In this document: one piece after another, positions 51,458-64,000 of the stretch
How the letters are laid out: the number at the start of each line of letters is the position of its first letter
Position numbering within the stretch: the stretch's first letter is position 1
From: Gnetum montanum
Taxonomy: Eukaryota; Plantae; Gnetophyta
NCBI GenBank assembly: GCA_015680685.1
Contig: MNCI01002561.1
Span: 218,986 to 282,985, forward strand
Reading direction: 5' to 3'
DNA: 64,000 bases
The notes under the pieces: model-generated
What the model was told of the DNA's origin: nothing
The model's database searches: none
The model's input: only the letters and a program-made list of their open reading frames with translations
Translations under genes and position numbers: made by a program

Positions 51458-51475
51458 TCCCTGGCAATGGCGCCA
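51458..51475 (-). promoter_or_regulatory. tRNA-Asp-type PBS of F
   Basis: Minus strand TGGCGCCATTGCCAGGGA, close to the Athila PBS TGGCGCCGTTGCCGGGGA, next to LTR end ...ATCA. Confidence 0.83.
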
Positions 51476-52292
51476 ATGATGAGTGGTGAGGTACCCCTAT
51501 GCTTAACCATACGAATATGAGTGTGTACATGCAATCCAGTCAAACTCCATAAACAAACTAGTTGTGGCACCTAGATAGTTACATGTTAATCGTAGTTCAC
51601 TGTCTTCCCACCTAGACTAGTATTTGCTTTGTCATGTATGGTTTAGTCCAAAGTGAGGTGTATGATGTGATTTATAATATTATGCTACTCCTAAAGACAA
51701 TGAGAAATAACTTGAGTAGACTAATAAACAATGGGAAATAAAATCTAAGCTAGCTTAAGTGCAATGAGCATTCATCCATAATTATCCACATGCATCTTGC
51801 AGTTCATGTAGTACTTTTGGAATTACCATGCGCACATCAATTGAAGCACTACTTGATATGCTACTGGGTTACCACGTAGTGACACTTAAATGTTCATGAT
51901 TAAGACATACCCATTCCACATTATCAACAGAAATAGGAAATGATAATAAAGAAATATTGACTAAGAAACAATAAATAATAATTAATAATTAAACAATTTA
52001 AAACTAAGTGAATGCTACAATGATGGAGTAATCTCGATCTTTATTGTTGATTATGTGCATGTCCAAGTACGTCACACATGAACAAAGGTTTTGTACAATT
52101 ACAAACATCACATTGTGGGCATGCACTTGGGAAAAGAACTAAAAATTAACAAAATACTCTCAACTCCTAATGACTAACTAATAGCTTACCCATGATCGCC
52201 TTCTTGTGCACCCAAGTGCTATATTTATAGACTAACATAGGAATCATGATATCATGTATCAAAAGTGGAGCCTAGCAAACCATGATTCATCA

Positions 52293-54531
52293 CACCTGTA
52301 ATTAAATCAAGTCATACACAACTAAGTGGAAAGCCTTTACACTTCTCCTACTGGATGGTCGACAAGTGTTACACTAGAGGAGAGGAGTAGGATACAAGGT
52401 AACTTGGAACCACTGTTAATCTTATGCATGCTCAAAACAACACATACCATATCACCCATAAAGCTAACATACTATCATATAAGCATAGACAAAGTCACGA
52501 TTCAACATCATCTATCATGCCCATGTCATCATACCTAGGATGTACCATAAATAGTCCAGGATCCACATAATCATAATCCAAATAGAACACCTATTCTCAA
52601 CGATATAACTCACATATCAATACTATCACATACATAGCCCACATTGTAGCTAGCATATCCACACTTAGTGTAGCATGTGAAACATTGACATGAGTACTCA
52701 TAATAGCCATTACTTGTAGGTCTTTTATTAGTCTTTTATTTAACCAACTAGTGCTAAGGTTTATCAACCTATGAACCACAACCACTAGCCTTCTAAAGGA
52801 CTGACAATAGGAATGAACACACCTATGCCATGGACTAGTTGTAGGAACGAACATACCTACACTCTCCTACTCTCAAGATGAGGTTTGAGATAGATGCCTC
52901 ACTAATGCATCATAGTGGGGGATCAATCCATACTACCTCTAGGGCACCTCATCATCAACTAGTCCACACCCTCATGCTAGCACCACCCACCAATGATCAT
53001 CACAAGCATCATCGTGAAAACATATACACAATTTGGCTAGCTTAAACCAATACATGTCATAAGCATCACCCCTAATAGTTACAATCATTCCATAAAAACA
53101 ATACCATGATGCAATAGAAAAACATGAAGACCTTGATATGACAAAATAATACCATATTTCTGAAAAGACATGTACTTCCATAGAAATGATCACTATAATA
53201 ACCTACAAAATGAGATATGCCCAAAGAGAAAAATAATATCACGATTATAAAGTACTTTCCAAAATGACTCCAACGACACTAATTTTACCTAAATTTGACT
53301 CTTGGAAGCAAAGTTATGTGTGTTCAATATTTGATTAATAAAATAATATTTAATTACCACCAGAAATGATTGGAATGCTCAAAAATGCTCGTACCCCAAT
53401 AAGCCCCACAAATAGCATATTCCAGTCATACCACTCTCATCAACACCATATATCATATTTTGCAAGTCCACATCATCCCATATATTGCATATATATTAAT
53501 CCACAATCTATAACCAAAATTAGACAATTTTAGGAAAATAGACAAAATAACATGTCCAAGCTCATTCTTTGAGCTATTCGCCCCATATGTCAACATCGCA
53601 TAATCATATATAGTAATCCAACACAAAAATATATAGAAAAGGTAAAGAAAACCCACCAATTACAATTGTTGGGCAGAAAGGCTAAAACAAGTAGAAAATC
53701 CTCAAAACTTTAACAGGACTCCATTTTGTTTCCAACAAGTTCTACACTCACGTAGATATGACCGCAGCAATCCCAAATCTAGGTTTAGAGCAAGACAAAA
53801 TCGTTCACAAGTCTCATAATCTAGAAAAAAGAAGAGAGTAGAAAGAAAAACAAAAAAAAAGAGACACTTGTGCATTTCTATTTTTGCAAACAGAGAAAAA
53901 AAATAGAAACCAAAATCCAATTTCTCCTGTAAGTAGTGGTGAGGTGGTGGACAAAACAATATAAAACTTATATGTTTACTTTATATCATGTGAGTTACTT
54001 TTTCTCTTTTCTTTCTTTTGAATTATTTATTATATATATTTTTTAAGGAACGATTTTCATAAGTTATTTTTATTTTTCGTCTTCGCAACTAATACCATAA
54101 ACTTTAATCATGTGTAACAAACACACCGGGACTTCAAATCAAAATTTGTTTGAACCTATGAGATCCTTATCATACACTCTACACATTCATATGCCAAAAC
54201 CACATCCAAACATCATTAAACGTAGTGTGATAATACAAATGGCTACATACCAAAATCACACATAGAGCATAAAAACATACTAGATAGGTGCTCTTGTACC
54301 CCAATCTAACACCCTTGCTAGCAACATCACCTATCTAATACATCACATAGGGCTAGTGTACATAATCACGTTACTTAAGCATGTAAAGATAACATAATTA
54401 TAACATTAAAACAAAGGCTCATAACATATAACATACATCAATTCATTCCTGAAAACCCACTAGCACTCCACATGTAATGTATAACTCATAAGTGGATAAC
54501 CATACCTACTATCTTTGGATGGGATGTAACA
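52293..54531. mobile_element. Truncated Tekay/Del-like LTR (G)
   Basis: Ends GGGATGTAACA; collinear homology with 62245-64000. Confidence 0.7.
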
Positions 54532-55709
54532 CTCTGTGCTCATTCTCATGTATTGAAACCCTACTACATATTGAATTCTTTTGTTATTTCAGCTTTCTTA
54601 TGGGTAGTTCAAAAGTTAAGAAAAAAAGAATTTTAAGTTTTGCTAAAATTTCAATTGCTAAGTAAGATGATTAATGAAATTTTTTATTCTCTTTTATAAA
54701 AACAGTGATGCTTTCATCCATTTGCTTGTAGGATACATTAAGATGAAGGATGCTAAGAGACCAGTAAATGTCAACAATTTGGTGGAACAAGACTCCAAAA
54801 GGCGAAGAAAAAAGCAATGAAAAAAGTAGCACAAAAAGGAGTATAGCAGGGAGAACAAAGGGGCATTGGCAGTTCTTCATCTATCTAGTTTCCTTTGTCT
54901 AAGAACATTGATACATGCAACCTAGAGCTATTATCAGACTTTGATAAAGCCAAAATCTCATCTTTTGATGCTCCTTCTCTTTCTCTTAGTTTTTTTAACT
55001 AGTTTAGATTCGTTCAAGTTGAATAAGAGGACTTAAACTACAAAATGTATCTTAACAAATATTTTTTCTCTACCTTACTGATGGTCCAACTATCCAAGCA
55101 CAAGGATTTGTTGAAGGAAGCTTACTAGTTGAAAGTCTATGTTGGTAGGCTTGTACAAGTAGCAGTTCATCTTGTGGATAATATTTGAAGCTCTATTTAG
55201 AAATAATTGGTTGTTACTTGATTTGTTTCTTGCTTTATTATCAGTATTTGGTTTTCAAAGTTGTTCCTAAGAAGCGTCATTGGCTATTATATAACTTTAA
55301 TGAGAAATGATATTTTCCTTTTATTTACATTATTGTTCTATTGTCTACTACTTTAATATATTTTATTTGTTGCCCAATATTGAAGTTTCTTACTATATGA
55401 ATCTATTTATGTTACATCTTAGTTTATTTTCAATTTGCTCATATCTATGAAATGTTTACTTTTGTGTATTAATTATAACAAAGACATAATGGTAAAAGTT
55501 AAAAACCACATTTTCTTCACTAGTTGAGACTATTGTTAGATTTTCATACCATATAGGAAACACTGTAGGTGATAGTTTCTTAAAATAAGTTTTCAAAGAG
55601 TGTTGTGTGACCAAAATCCCCTCCTCAATAATAATAATTACTATTAATATAATATCACATACCAAGATGACTACTATAATTCATGCATGCTTGAGGAGGA
55701 GGATGAGGA

Positions 55710-58035
55710 TTAACCAAATCGTGGAGTTGGCATGGCAATGAGGGGAGAGGCTCGTAGTAATATAAGTTGAGCATTTTCGCTTATGTCGGCATTGTCCTTG
55801 TCCTTATGGTCAGTGGCATGGGCAACGACATGAGGGAGAGGGATGCTCCAGTGAAAGTAATGGACCAATTGTGCTAGGATAAGCTTCAATATCACCAATC
55901 CCAACCTCATGCCTACACATGACCTGCAACCCCCACCAAATGGCCAAAATACCTCCTTCATTGTTGCTGTCATGGCATCAGGTTCGATAAATCTATTTGG
56001 CTAGAACTCCTTAGCCCATGGGCCCCACACCTCCTTGTCCCTCACGATGGCCCACACATTGACCAGAACTGTTGCTCCACGTGGCACCAAGTATCCACCC
56101 ACATCACAATCAGCACGACAACAGCGAGGAACCAACATGGGCACCGGTGTATGTAATCGTAGGGTCTCCTTCACCACTGCATCTAGGTAGGGAAGTTTAG
56201 CAATGTCAGCATAGTTAACTCGATGCTCGAGACCGACCACGGAACTAAGCTCTGCCTGCAACCTGTGCATTGGATCTGGGCACCACAACAACTCAGACAT
56301 GGCCCACTCCATAGCCGTTGACGTGGTGTCCAGACCTCCTTGTGTCATGTCCTTTTCATTAACATCGTAACATCATCAATGATNTACCTCCTTGTGTCAT
56401 GTCCTTTTCATTAACATCGTAACATCATCAATGATCAATCAATCACCCAATCACATCACAACAACAAATTATACACTAGTACTGGTTACTGCATACTTAG
56501 AAAACAAGTAAATGTTGCCATCCTCTTGTCTTGATTTAGGCATACTTTTTCAAAGGGGAGGGCTTATCATGTTCATCATGTCATTGTTTTTGGAAAAAGA
56601 ATCATGTAACTATTATGGTAAATGGCTATATATATATATATATTCTAGTGTTTAAATAGTTGGGAAATATAAGCATGTTTCAAAAATCACCATAAATTGA
56701 CAAGGTGGACAAAGTTATATTTAGAAGTGGCAAAAATGATACCTAAATCTATTCATTTTTTAAAAATAAAGTTTATCATGAAAGTCATGCCGATTCAACT
56801 CTAAATCTATTCATTTCTTTTTTTAAAATAAAGCTTATCATGAAAGTCGTGCCGATTCAGCTCGGGTTGGCAAAATTTCTGACCAAGACACTAATCATGC
56901 TCCAGCGCACTTTCTCACAAACTCAAGCTCAACCATGTACAGATATAAAGCTCTTGCGAACACTGTTTTGACAAACATGTTAAGATAATATTTGTTACCA
57001 GTTACAAACGAAACGATATGTCATGCATGAAATCGCTTCCAATACTTACAATGATGAGGGCCTTCATGGCGTTTCCGCTGATCTGCCCCTCGTAACCAAG
57101 CACCACGTCAACAAAATCGGGCATCCGGATATCCTTTTGTCCCCGTTTAGCAGCATGGTCTGCGATTACCTTGTCATATATCTCTCCAGTTTTCCTGACG
57201 AACAATTTTTGGCGTCGACGGAGGCCTTGAAGGTCCAGCCATCCCAGCCATGGCAGAAAATCCCCAATATCAGGAGCCCCAAGCAAATATAAACGCTCAT
57301 CCACGAACTGCTGCAGCCCGACGGCTTCCTCCCAATCCTCATCGCCCAACACAATCCCAGAAAATATAGTCCCCAACAATTTTGTCACAGCCTCACTCAA
57401 ATTCACCTCCACCTGCATGATATCAAAATTACGAGTTCACACATCCCTTTCGTATCATGAATGATTACTTTTACTTACAGAGATATGAATGGGTAACGAA
57501 TCAAACTCACCTGGGGCTTATCCGAAGTTGAAGCTTTTACTACAAGAGGCTCCACCAGAACCTTGGAGATCTGGCGTTCTACGAAGGGCACCAGTGATTT
57601 CACTGCCTTTGGTCCCAGCATGTGTGTGCTTGCAATTTTCCTGAGCAGGCGCCAGCGGTCATTGTCTGCTGAAAAGCTGATATTGGACCCGCCGTAGAGC
57701 AGGTTGTCGGTGGCGCTGCTGCTGGCTCTGTCGCTGAAAACGCGATCTTGTGTTTTCAGAATTGTTTTAGCCATCTCTGCCGATGAAACCACAACTGTGT
57801 TGACTTGGCCCAGCCTCAGCAGAAAGATTGAGCCGTATTTCCGAGAGAGGTCTTGGAGACCTCTGTGATTGAGCTTGGACAGCAGGTGCAGGTGCCCAAT
57901 TACAGGCCATGCTCTTGGACTGGGCGGCAGCTTTCCAGACCTTCGATTAAGGTTGTGTTTTGTAAAAAGAAAGTGGAACAGCATCAAGCTCAGAAAAGAG
58001 GCAACAAGCGGCAAGAAGCAGTAGCAGAGATCCAT
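55710..58035 (-). pseudogene. CYP71-clan cytochrome P450, 3 exons (58035-57511, 57412-57050, 56351-55710), in-frame TAG at 56001-56003
   Basis: TM anchor and LPPSP..WPVIGHLHLL; GLDTT I-helix; ETLR; EF*PNRF; FGGGCRSCVG heme motif; GT/AG introns in phase 0. Confidence 0.9.
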
Positions 58036-58817
58036 GTTTCAAACCGATTGTCTGTCGCTGAAGAAAATCTTGCTGTGCATTCGAAGAAAATCTTGCTGTG
58101 CATTCGAAATTTAAAGATACCGAGTTCTGCGTGTTCGACGCAACATTTTCGTTAAATGCAGTGCTTCCTAGACCAAGGTGAAAATTGGACATTCAATTTG
58201 ATAGCGTTGTACACCACAAAGTTATTTGTCTCACCCATGAATCACAAACGTGGCAAACAGTTTCGAAAATCTATCCACAAAGTTGGTTGTCTCACATGAA
58301 TCACGTTTATTATGAACGTGGCAAAAAGTTTCGAAAATCTATGAAGATGGGCATCACAAAGTTGGTGCAGATGCAGACCACGTACGTTATCGTCTGACAC
58401 ATCACCAGCCACGTTTATTATGGGGTGTCGGACCCCAACAAGAGAATTTTATTAATAGAAAACAAAATTTAGTACATCCGGACATATAGAATGAGGAAAG
58501 GAGGAAGAGAGACCGTGTTGACTGAGACTATTATGAACGTACAGTGTAGAAAATGTATGAAGATGGGCAATGATGCATGTGCAATGAATTGAAAATAAAG
58601 TACAACTAAAAAATACATAATTCAAAAATTTTTTTTACATAGATTCTTTAGTTATGTGGTGGAAAAGAACTAATGTAAAACTCAAGTTGAAATTCTCCAT
58701 TTTAATAAATAAACTTTCATTAAACTTGAAATTGTAGAGGATTAATGACGCTAATAAATAATAAAACCTATTAAGCAAAGATTTCAAAATTACATAAGTT
58801 TATCTTAATAAATAACC

Positions 58818-58920
58818 AAAAGTTATATACTCTATACTACTATGTTTGTTTACTGATGGTTAATATGCAAAAGTTATATACTCTATACTACTATGTTTGT
58901 TTACTGATGGTTAATATGCA
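58818..58920. repeat. 51-bp direct duplication upstream of the P450
   Basis: AAAAGTTATATACTCTATACTACTATGTTTGTTTACTGATGGTTAATATGC x2. Confidence 0.85.
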
Positions 58921-59027
58921 TTTTTTTTCCAATAGCAAGGCCATGTTAAAAGTACCCTCGTGTCATCTCCCAAACCTTTTTTGTTTCCATTATACTGATC
59001 AGTTTTTTCTACCACAAATTCTAACCC

Positions 59028-59305
59028 NNNNNNNNNNNNNNNNNNNNNNNNNNNNNNNNNNNNNNNNNNNNNNNNNNNNNNNNNNNNNNNNNNNNNNNNN
59101 NNNNNNNNNNNNNNNNNNNNNNNNNNNNNNNNNNNNNNNNNNNNNNNNNNNNNNNNNNNNNNNNNNNNNNNNNNNNNNNNNNNNNNNNNNNNNNNNNNNN
59201 NNNNNNNNNNNNNNNNNNNNNNNNNNNNNNNNNNNNNNNNNNNNNNNNNNNNNNNNNNNNNNNNNNNNNNNNNNNNNNNNNNNNNNNNNNNNNNNNNNNN
59301 NNNNN
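59028..59305. other. Assembly gap
   Basis: N run. Confidence 0.95.
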
Positions 59306-60517
59306 TTGTTCGAAAGGTTTTCAATTACCATAGGTGAAGTGAGTCAGCTGTGCCTAGTTTAGTTAAGTTGTATCTTCTTATAATGTGGTTGTCTTCAACA
59401 TGGCCCTATGGCACTACTCACATGTCATCGTTGAACAAAAGTATTAGCAAAAGTGATTTGTTATAAATTTGGTTGAGGCTTGAGGCTTAATTTTATTTTT
59501 AAAAAGATTGGATTGAGTAACAAAAAGGTTTCATTTTATTGCTGTCATTTTGGTTGTTGGAAAAATTACATGTTTAGGCATATTATGGCTCTTGAGTAAG
59601 AAAATGGATTCGATGCCCTCCATACCTTTGCAAATTTTCTTGCTTCAGTGTAATGGTGATATTGCAATCTTCTATGAAATTAAGCATTAACAATATTTTG
59701 GATTTACATTGTACTTGTTTTATATTCTACAATGTTTTTTTATGATACATGAGATTTAATTTTTAGAAAAAACTAATATATTTAAATTTTTTCTATCACT
59801 TCCCCAACTATGAACCTGTCCCCACTTTTTTTTGAGGCACACTACCCAAATAGGTTCAGAATCACGAATCCTGCTTCCTGGCTTCCATGAATCAGATTCT
59901 TTTGATGTATAGGTTTTTATGCACCATAAATTCTAGGCCATTTGCCCAACACAAGGACACACGCTATCCTCGCCTGCCGACCATTTTTGTTTTCTGCCAA
60001 CTTTTCTTTCTTGGCCCAGCACAGGCCATGAATGTTTTATCCTTATCTGACCAGTTTTTATGCAACACAAACTCTAGGTCGTTTGCCCAAAACAAGGCCA
60101 CGTTCTATCCTGGCCTTTTGACGATTTTCTGCCACCATAGATTTTAGTCCGTATTTTTTTATTAAACCCAACAGCCATTATAAATTTGATCCACGTCAAT
60201 TTAAAATAGACAGCTAAGATGATGTTATGTAACGATGAAATAAACGGTTCAGATGATGTTAGATAATGTTGGAAGGTGATACATGATCATTCCGACCATC
60301 CATGTGTCCTAATATGAATCAGGTAATGATTCCGCCAAAAAATTTAGTCCGTACTTTTTTATTGACGGCAACTGCCACCATGCCACTAATATTACGTGAT
60401 TTTTATTTAAAGCAACCATGTGTCTTTTTATTAAGCGCAACCATGTTTGCATGTGTTCGTCTCCTTTTTTTCATCATCATTTTTCCATCATCATCCATGA
60501 TTGTTGCTGGCTGTCTA

Positions 60518-60730
60518 TTTAAAAAAGTTTTTAAATTTCAGACTCCTCATCTACATTATTGGAGGCACACAGGTACCCGTACCATATGATTTAAAACAGT
60601 TTTTAAATTTCAGACTACTCATCTACATTATTGGAGGCACCGTACCCATATGATTTAAAAAAGTTTTTAAATTTCTGACTCCTCCTCATCTACATTATTG
60701 TAGGCACACAGGTACCCGTACCCATCTGAT
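60518..60730. repeat. ~65-70 bp tandem repeat x3
   Basis: TTTTTAAATTTCAGACTCCTCATCTACATTATTGGAGGCAC..GTACC units. Confidence 0.85.
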
Positions 60731-61923
60731 AGGTACCCAATTGAGAACAGGTTGAAGTAGTCTTCAAAGAAGGAAAGGGAACGTAAACTGCAGAGATAAG
60801 CAACATTGATGCCATGGCCCCTGTTAAGGTGAATGTAATAAGATCCTCAGAGTCATCTTTTCAGAAATAACACAGATCTGTGTTATTGTCCTTGTCTTTT
60901 CCAAACCTTCATATGCTGTAAACCCTTTCTCTATCTGAAGTCCTCCTTGAATCTCGAAATCCTTCGGTGTGCTCAGAACCTGCAAGGCCACCCTATAGTA
61001 ATCATCACCGTTTCAAATGCAATCCTGGTTGCATGTTCTACTCAGTTGGAGGTCTTCTACTAACTTTAATGTTTGTACCGTTGATACATGAATGGTTAAA
61101 TGCTACATTGGTTGCTTGCCTAATTTCTGCTAATTAATGCCAGGAATCTGATTCTGAAAAACAAAACAATTGAGGATGTCTCTACTGTCTAATCAAAATT
61201 ACTGTTGACAGAGAGAGGACTGCTATCTAGATCAAATGTAGTTTTGAAGTTAGACATGTAAAATTTTTAAGGTAACTCTTCAAGAGATAAATATATAGGT
61301 GCTAGTAAGCTTTAGGTGAAAAAAAAAACCATGCTTCGAAGAGTTGTTTTGCTGTATTTTATAATAATTTGAGAGATATTGAATGGGCTTATCATTGATA
61401 TTTAAATTAGATGAATAGGTTGTATCATTATATGCAACAAAGTTTTATTTACAATCTAACACTTTATTAATCATAAAATTTGTTTGATATGTAATACTGG
61501 ATTCTTTGAATTTCACTAATGAAATCTTATTCAAAAGGATCATTTCTTTTTACTTAATCATGTTTTTTTAAATACAAAATAATTTTGCTAAAGAGAAAGA
61601 TTCTTAATTATAACAAGGAATATTAATAAAGAATTTAATAATAGAATTTCTAAATTCATGGCCAAGGAAAATTATTAATTACAAAATTGTTAATTGGTTT
61701 TGTAAAATTTTACTCTCATAAAATATGTGTGGTCTCTTTATGATTTTAACTCGCAAGTATGTTGCTACATTACTCCCAACTTTGTCACATAAATATTTTT
61801 GACAAATCTATTTGTGAGTCATAAAAAAAAGATCATCATCTTGAACTACAAGGCTCATCCTACCAAGCATGATGGTTGGTAGATGAATGAAGGCCTAATC
61901 TTTTTCAGTGGGTGCACCTAGGT

Positions 61924-64000
61924 TGTAACATCCCACCCTAGCTAGGGTAGGGTGATGCCTAGGATCAAGTCATCTTGCAATGGAAGTATGATAACTAAAA
62001 ACCAATGATCAATAAAATACATGATATTAAGGAAGGTCAAATTACATAGAAATTTCATACTACATTGGTTTACTAAAATACACAAAAACACATAAGCATC
62101 ATCATTGTATATATAAGAGTACAGAGAATTTCATACAACAATACATGGTCCATATTACTATACATGAAAATATATATTAACTAAGCATTGAAAATTTTTC
62201 CCTCCTCTACTCTCCCTCTCCATGCTCATCTAGGTTCCTACGCCCTTCACTTGTAATTCAATAAAGTTAGTACACAACTGAGTGGGAAGCCTTTACACTT
62301 CCCGTGCTAGATGGTCGAAAAATGTTGCACTAGAGGAAAGGAGTGGGATACAAGGCAACCTGCAATAACTGTTAGTCTTACACATGCTCAAAACAACACA
62401 CACACCATATCTCCTATAATGTTAACATAATCATTATCGAAAAGGATAGATGGCTATCATACAATCACAAATAAATCCATAGTCTGACATCATCCATCAT
62501 GCCCATGTCATCATACCCATGATATATCATTAAATAGTTAATGATCCACACAATCATAATCAATGATATGACTCACAAATCAATAATATCATATATATAG
62601 CCCATGTGGTTGCTAGCATATTTGCATGCAGTACAGCATGTGAAACATTGCCATAAGTACTCATAACAGCTATTGCATGTAGGCCTTTTATTAGTCTTTT
62701 ATTTATCCAACGGGTGCTAGGGTCCATCAATCTATGACTCACAACCACTAACCTTCTAGAGGACTAGCGATAAGGACGAATACACCTATGTCACGTACCA
62801 GCCATAGGGACAAACACACCTATGCTCTCCCACTCTCAAGATGAGGCCTAAGATAGGAGCCTCACCAATGTATCACAGTGGGATTTAATCCATACTACCT
62901 CCAAGATGCCTCATCACCAACTAGTTGACATGCTCATGCTAGCACCACCTACCAACAACTGTCACAAGTGTCATCATGAAGACATGTACACATTTTGGCT
63001 AGCTTAAGCCAATGCATGCCATAAGCACAAGACATCCAAACAAACATAACATAACCACATATATCCACACCTAACAGATACAGTTATTCCATGAAAATAA
63101 TATCACGATTTGAAAAAACAAGATTAATACCACGATATGGTAAAACAATATCACATTTCTCAAATTGCATGTAATTCCACACAAATGAACGCTATAATAA
63201 CCTTCAAAATGATATATGCCCAAAGAGAAAACCAATCTCACGATTAGAAAGTACTTCCCAAAATGATCCCAATGACACTAATTTTACCTAAATTAAACTC
63301 CTAGAAGCAAAGTTATGTGCATTCAAAGTCTTAATAACATAATATTTAATTACCACCAGGAATGATTGGAACTCTCAAAAATGCTCATGCCCCAATAGGT
63401 CCCAAAAATATCATATTCCAGTCATACCAATCTCATCAACATCACATATCATATTCTACAAGTCCACATCATACCATACATCACATATATATTACTACAC
63501 AATTCATAACCAAAATTGGAAAATTTTGAGAAATAGGAAAAATAACAAGTTCAAGCTCAATCTGTGAGCTATCTATCCCACATGCCCACATTGCATAATC
63601 ACATATACTAATCTAGTATAAAAATATAAGAAAAAGGTAAAAGCAACCCACCAATTAAAATTATTGGGGTTGAAACAAGTAGAAAACTATCAAAAATCTA
63701 GCAAGACTTTGTTTTTCAACAAGTTTTGCACCCACATAGATATGATTGCAACAATCTCAAATCTAGGTTCAGAGAAAGCAAAAATCATCCACAAAGCTCA
63801 GAATTCAGAAAAATGTGGAACAAAAGAAGATAGGAGAAAGAAAAATGAAAGAATAGGCTCCTATGCATTTCTATTAATGTGAACACACCCACAAAAAAAA
63901 ATAGAAACCCAAAACCCAATTTCTATGGATAAGCGATGGTGAGGTGGTGGGTAGAAAAAAAAACTAAAATATAACCTATACTTTTTACTATACGTTTTTT
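61924..64000. mobile_element. Tekay/Del-like LTR (H), runs off the window
   Basis: Starts TGTAACATCCC; homologous to G. Confidence 0.72.

Larger units (their letters stand above)
46338..52292 (-). mobile_element. Element F: Athila-like Ty3/Gypsy remnant (partial 5' LTR from 51477, gag, env-like ORF fragment, no pol seen)
   Basis: tRNA-Asp-type PBS, Athila-style gag, TATA-like TCTATAAATA (minus) near 52222-52231. Confidence 0.75.

Noticed and set aside
59880-60420. Possible MITE or DNA-transposon end with dispersed short repeats
   Set aside because: Could not identify terminal inverted repeats or a TSD by eye
60730-61000. Exon-like segment on the minus strand after a TTGCAG acceptor
   Set aside because: Stops in the frames I translated and no recognisable homology
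52293-64000. P450 captured between two related LTRs (G and H) as one composite element
   Set aside because: No PBS or PPT at the inner LTR edges, the LTRs are clearly diverged and the gene retains introns; independent insertions are more likely

Overview
Plant (vascular-plant-like) nuclear DNA. Bases 1-46.3 kb are a nest of related Ty3/Gypsy LTR retrotransposons of the Tat (Ogre/Retand-like) type. They have CHHC gag knuckles, RT-RH-aRH-INT order and a tRNA-Asn PBS. I label them A (+, 1-5937), B (-, 5938-30157), D (+, 14835-25596, intact ends with a GATAT TSD, no pol visible, inserted in B), C (+, 30158-42960) and E (+, 42961-~46337). An Athila-like remnant F (-, tRNA-Asp PBS) follows, then two Tekay/Del-like LTRs, with a three-exon CYP71-clan cytochrome P450 (one in-frame stop) between them. 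The main observation: in A, B and C the protease is followed by an antisense, intron-containing gene, and in B and C it sits between protease and RT. In C this spacer is about 6 kb. The gene has 8 exons whose phases join into about 1080 codons, with intron positions conserved between diverged subfamilies. Its exon 2 resembles an FCP1/NIF (HAD) phosphatase domain that lacks the catalytic Asp residues. It is followed by an Athila-ORF-like domain and acidic and coiled-coil regions. The cassette is bracketed by tandem-repeat arrays, and the non-coding parts of the elements are dense in a YAGCGT motif. All domain calls are by-eye motif recognition, not database searches. Several single-N joins mark assembly artefacts.
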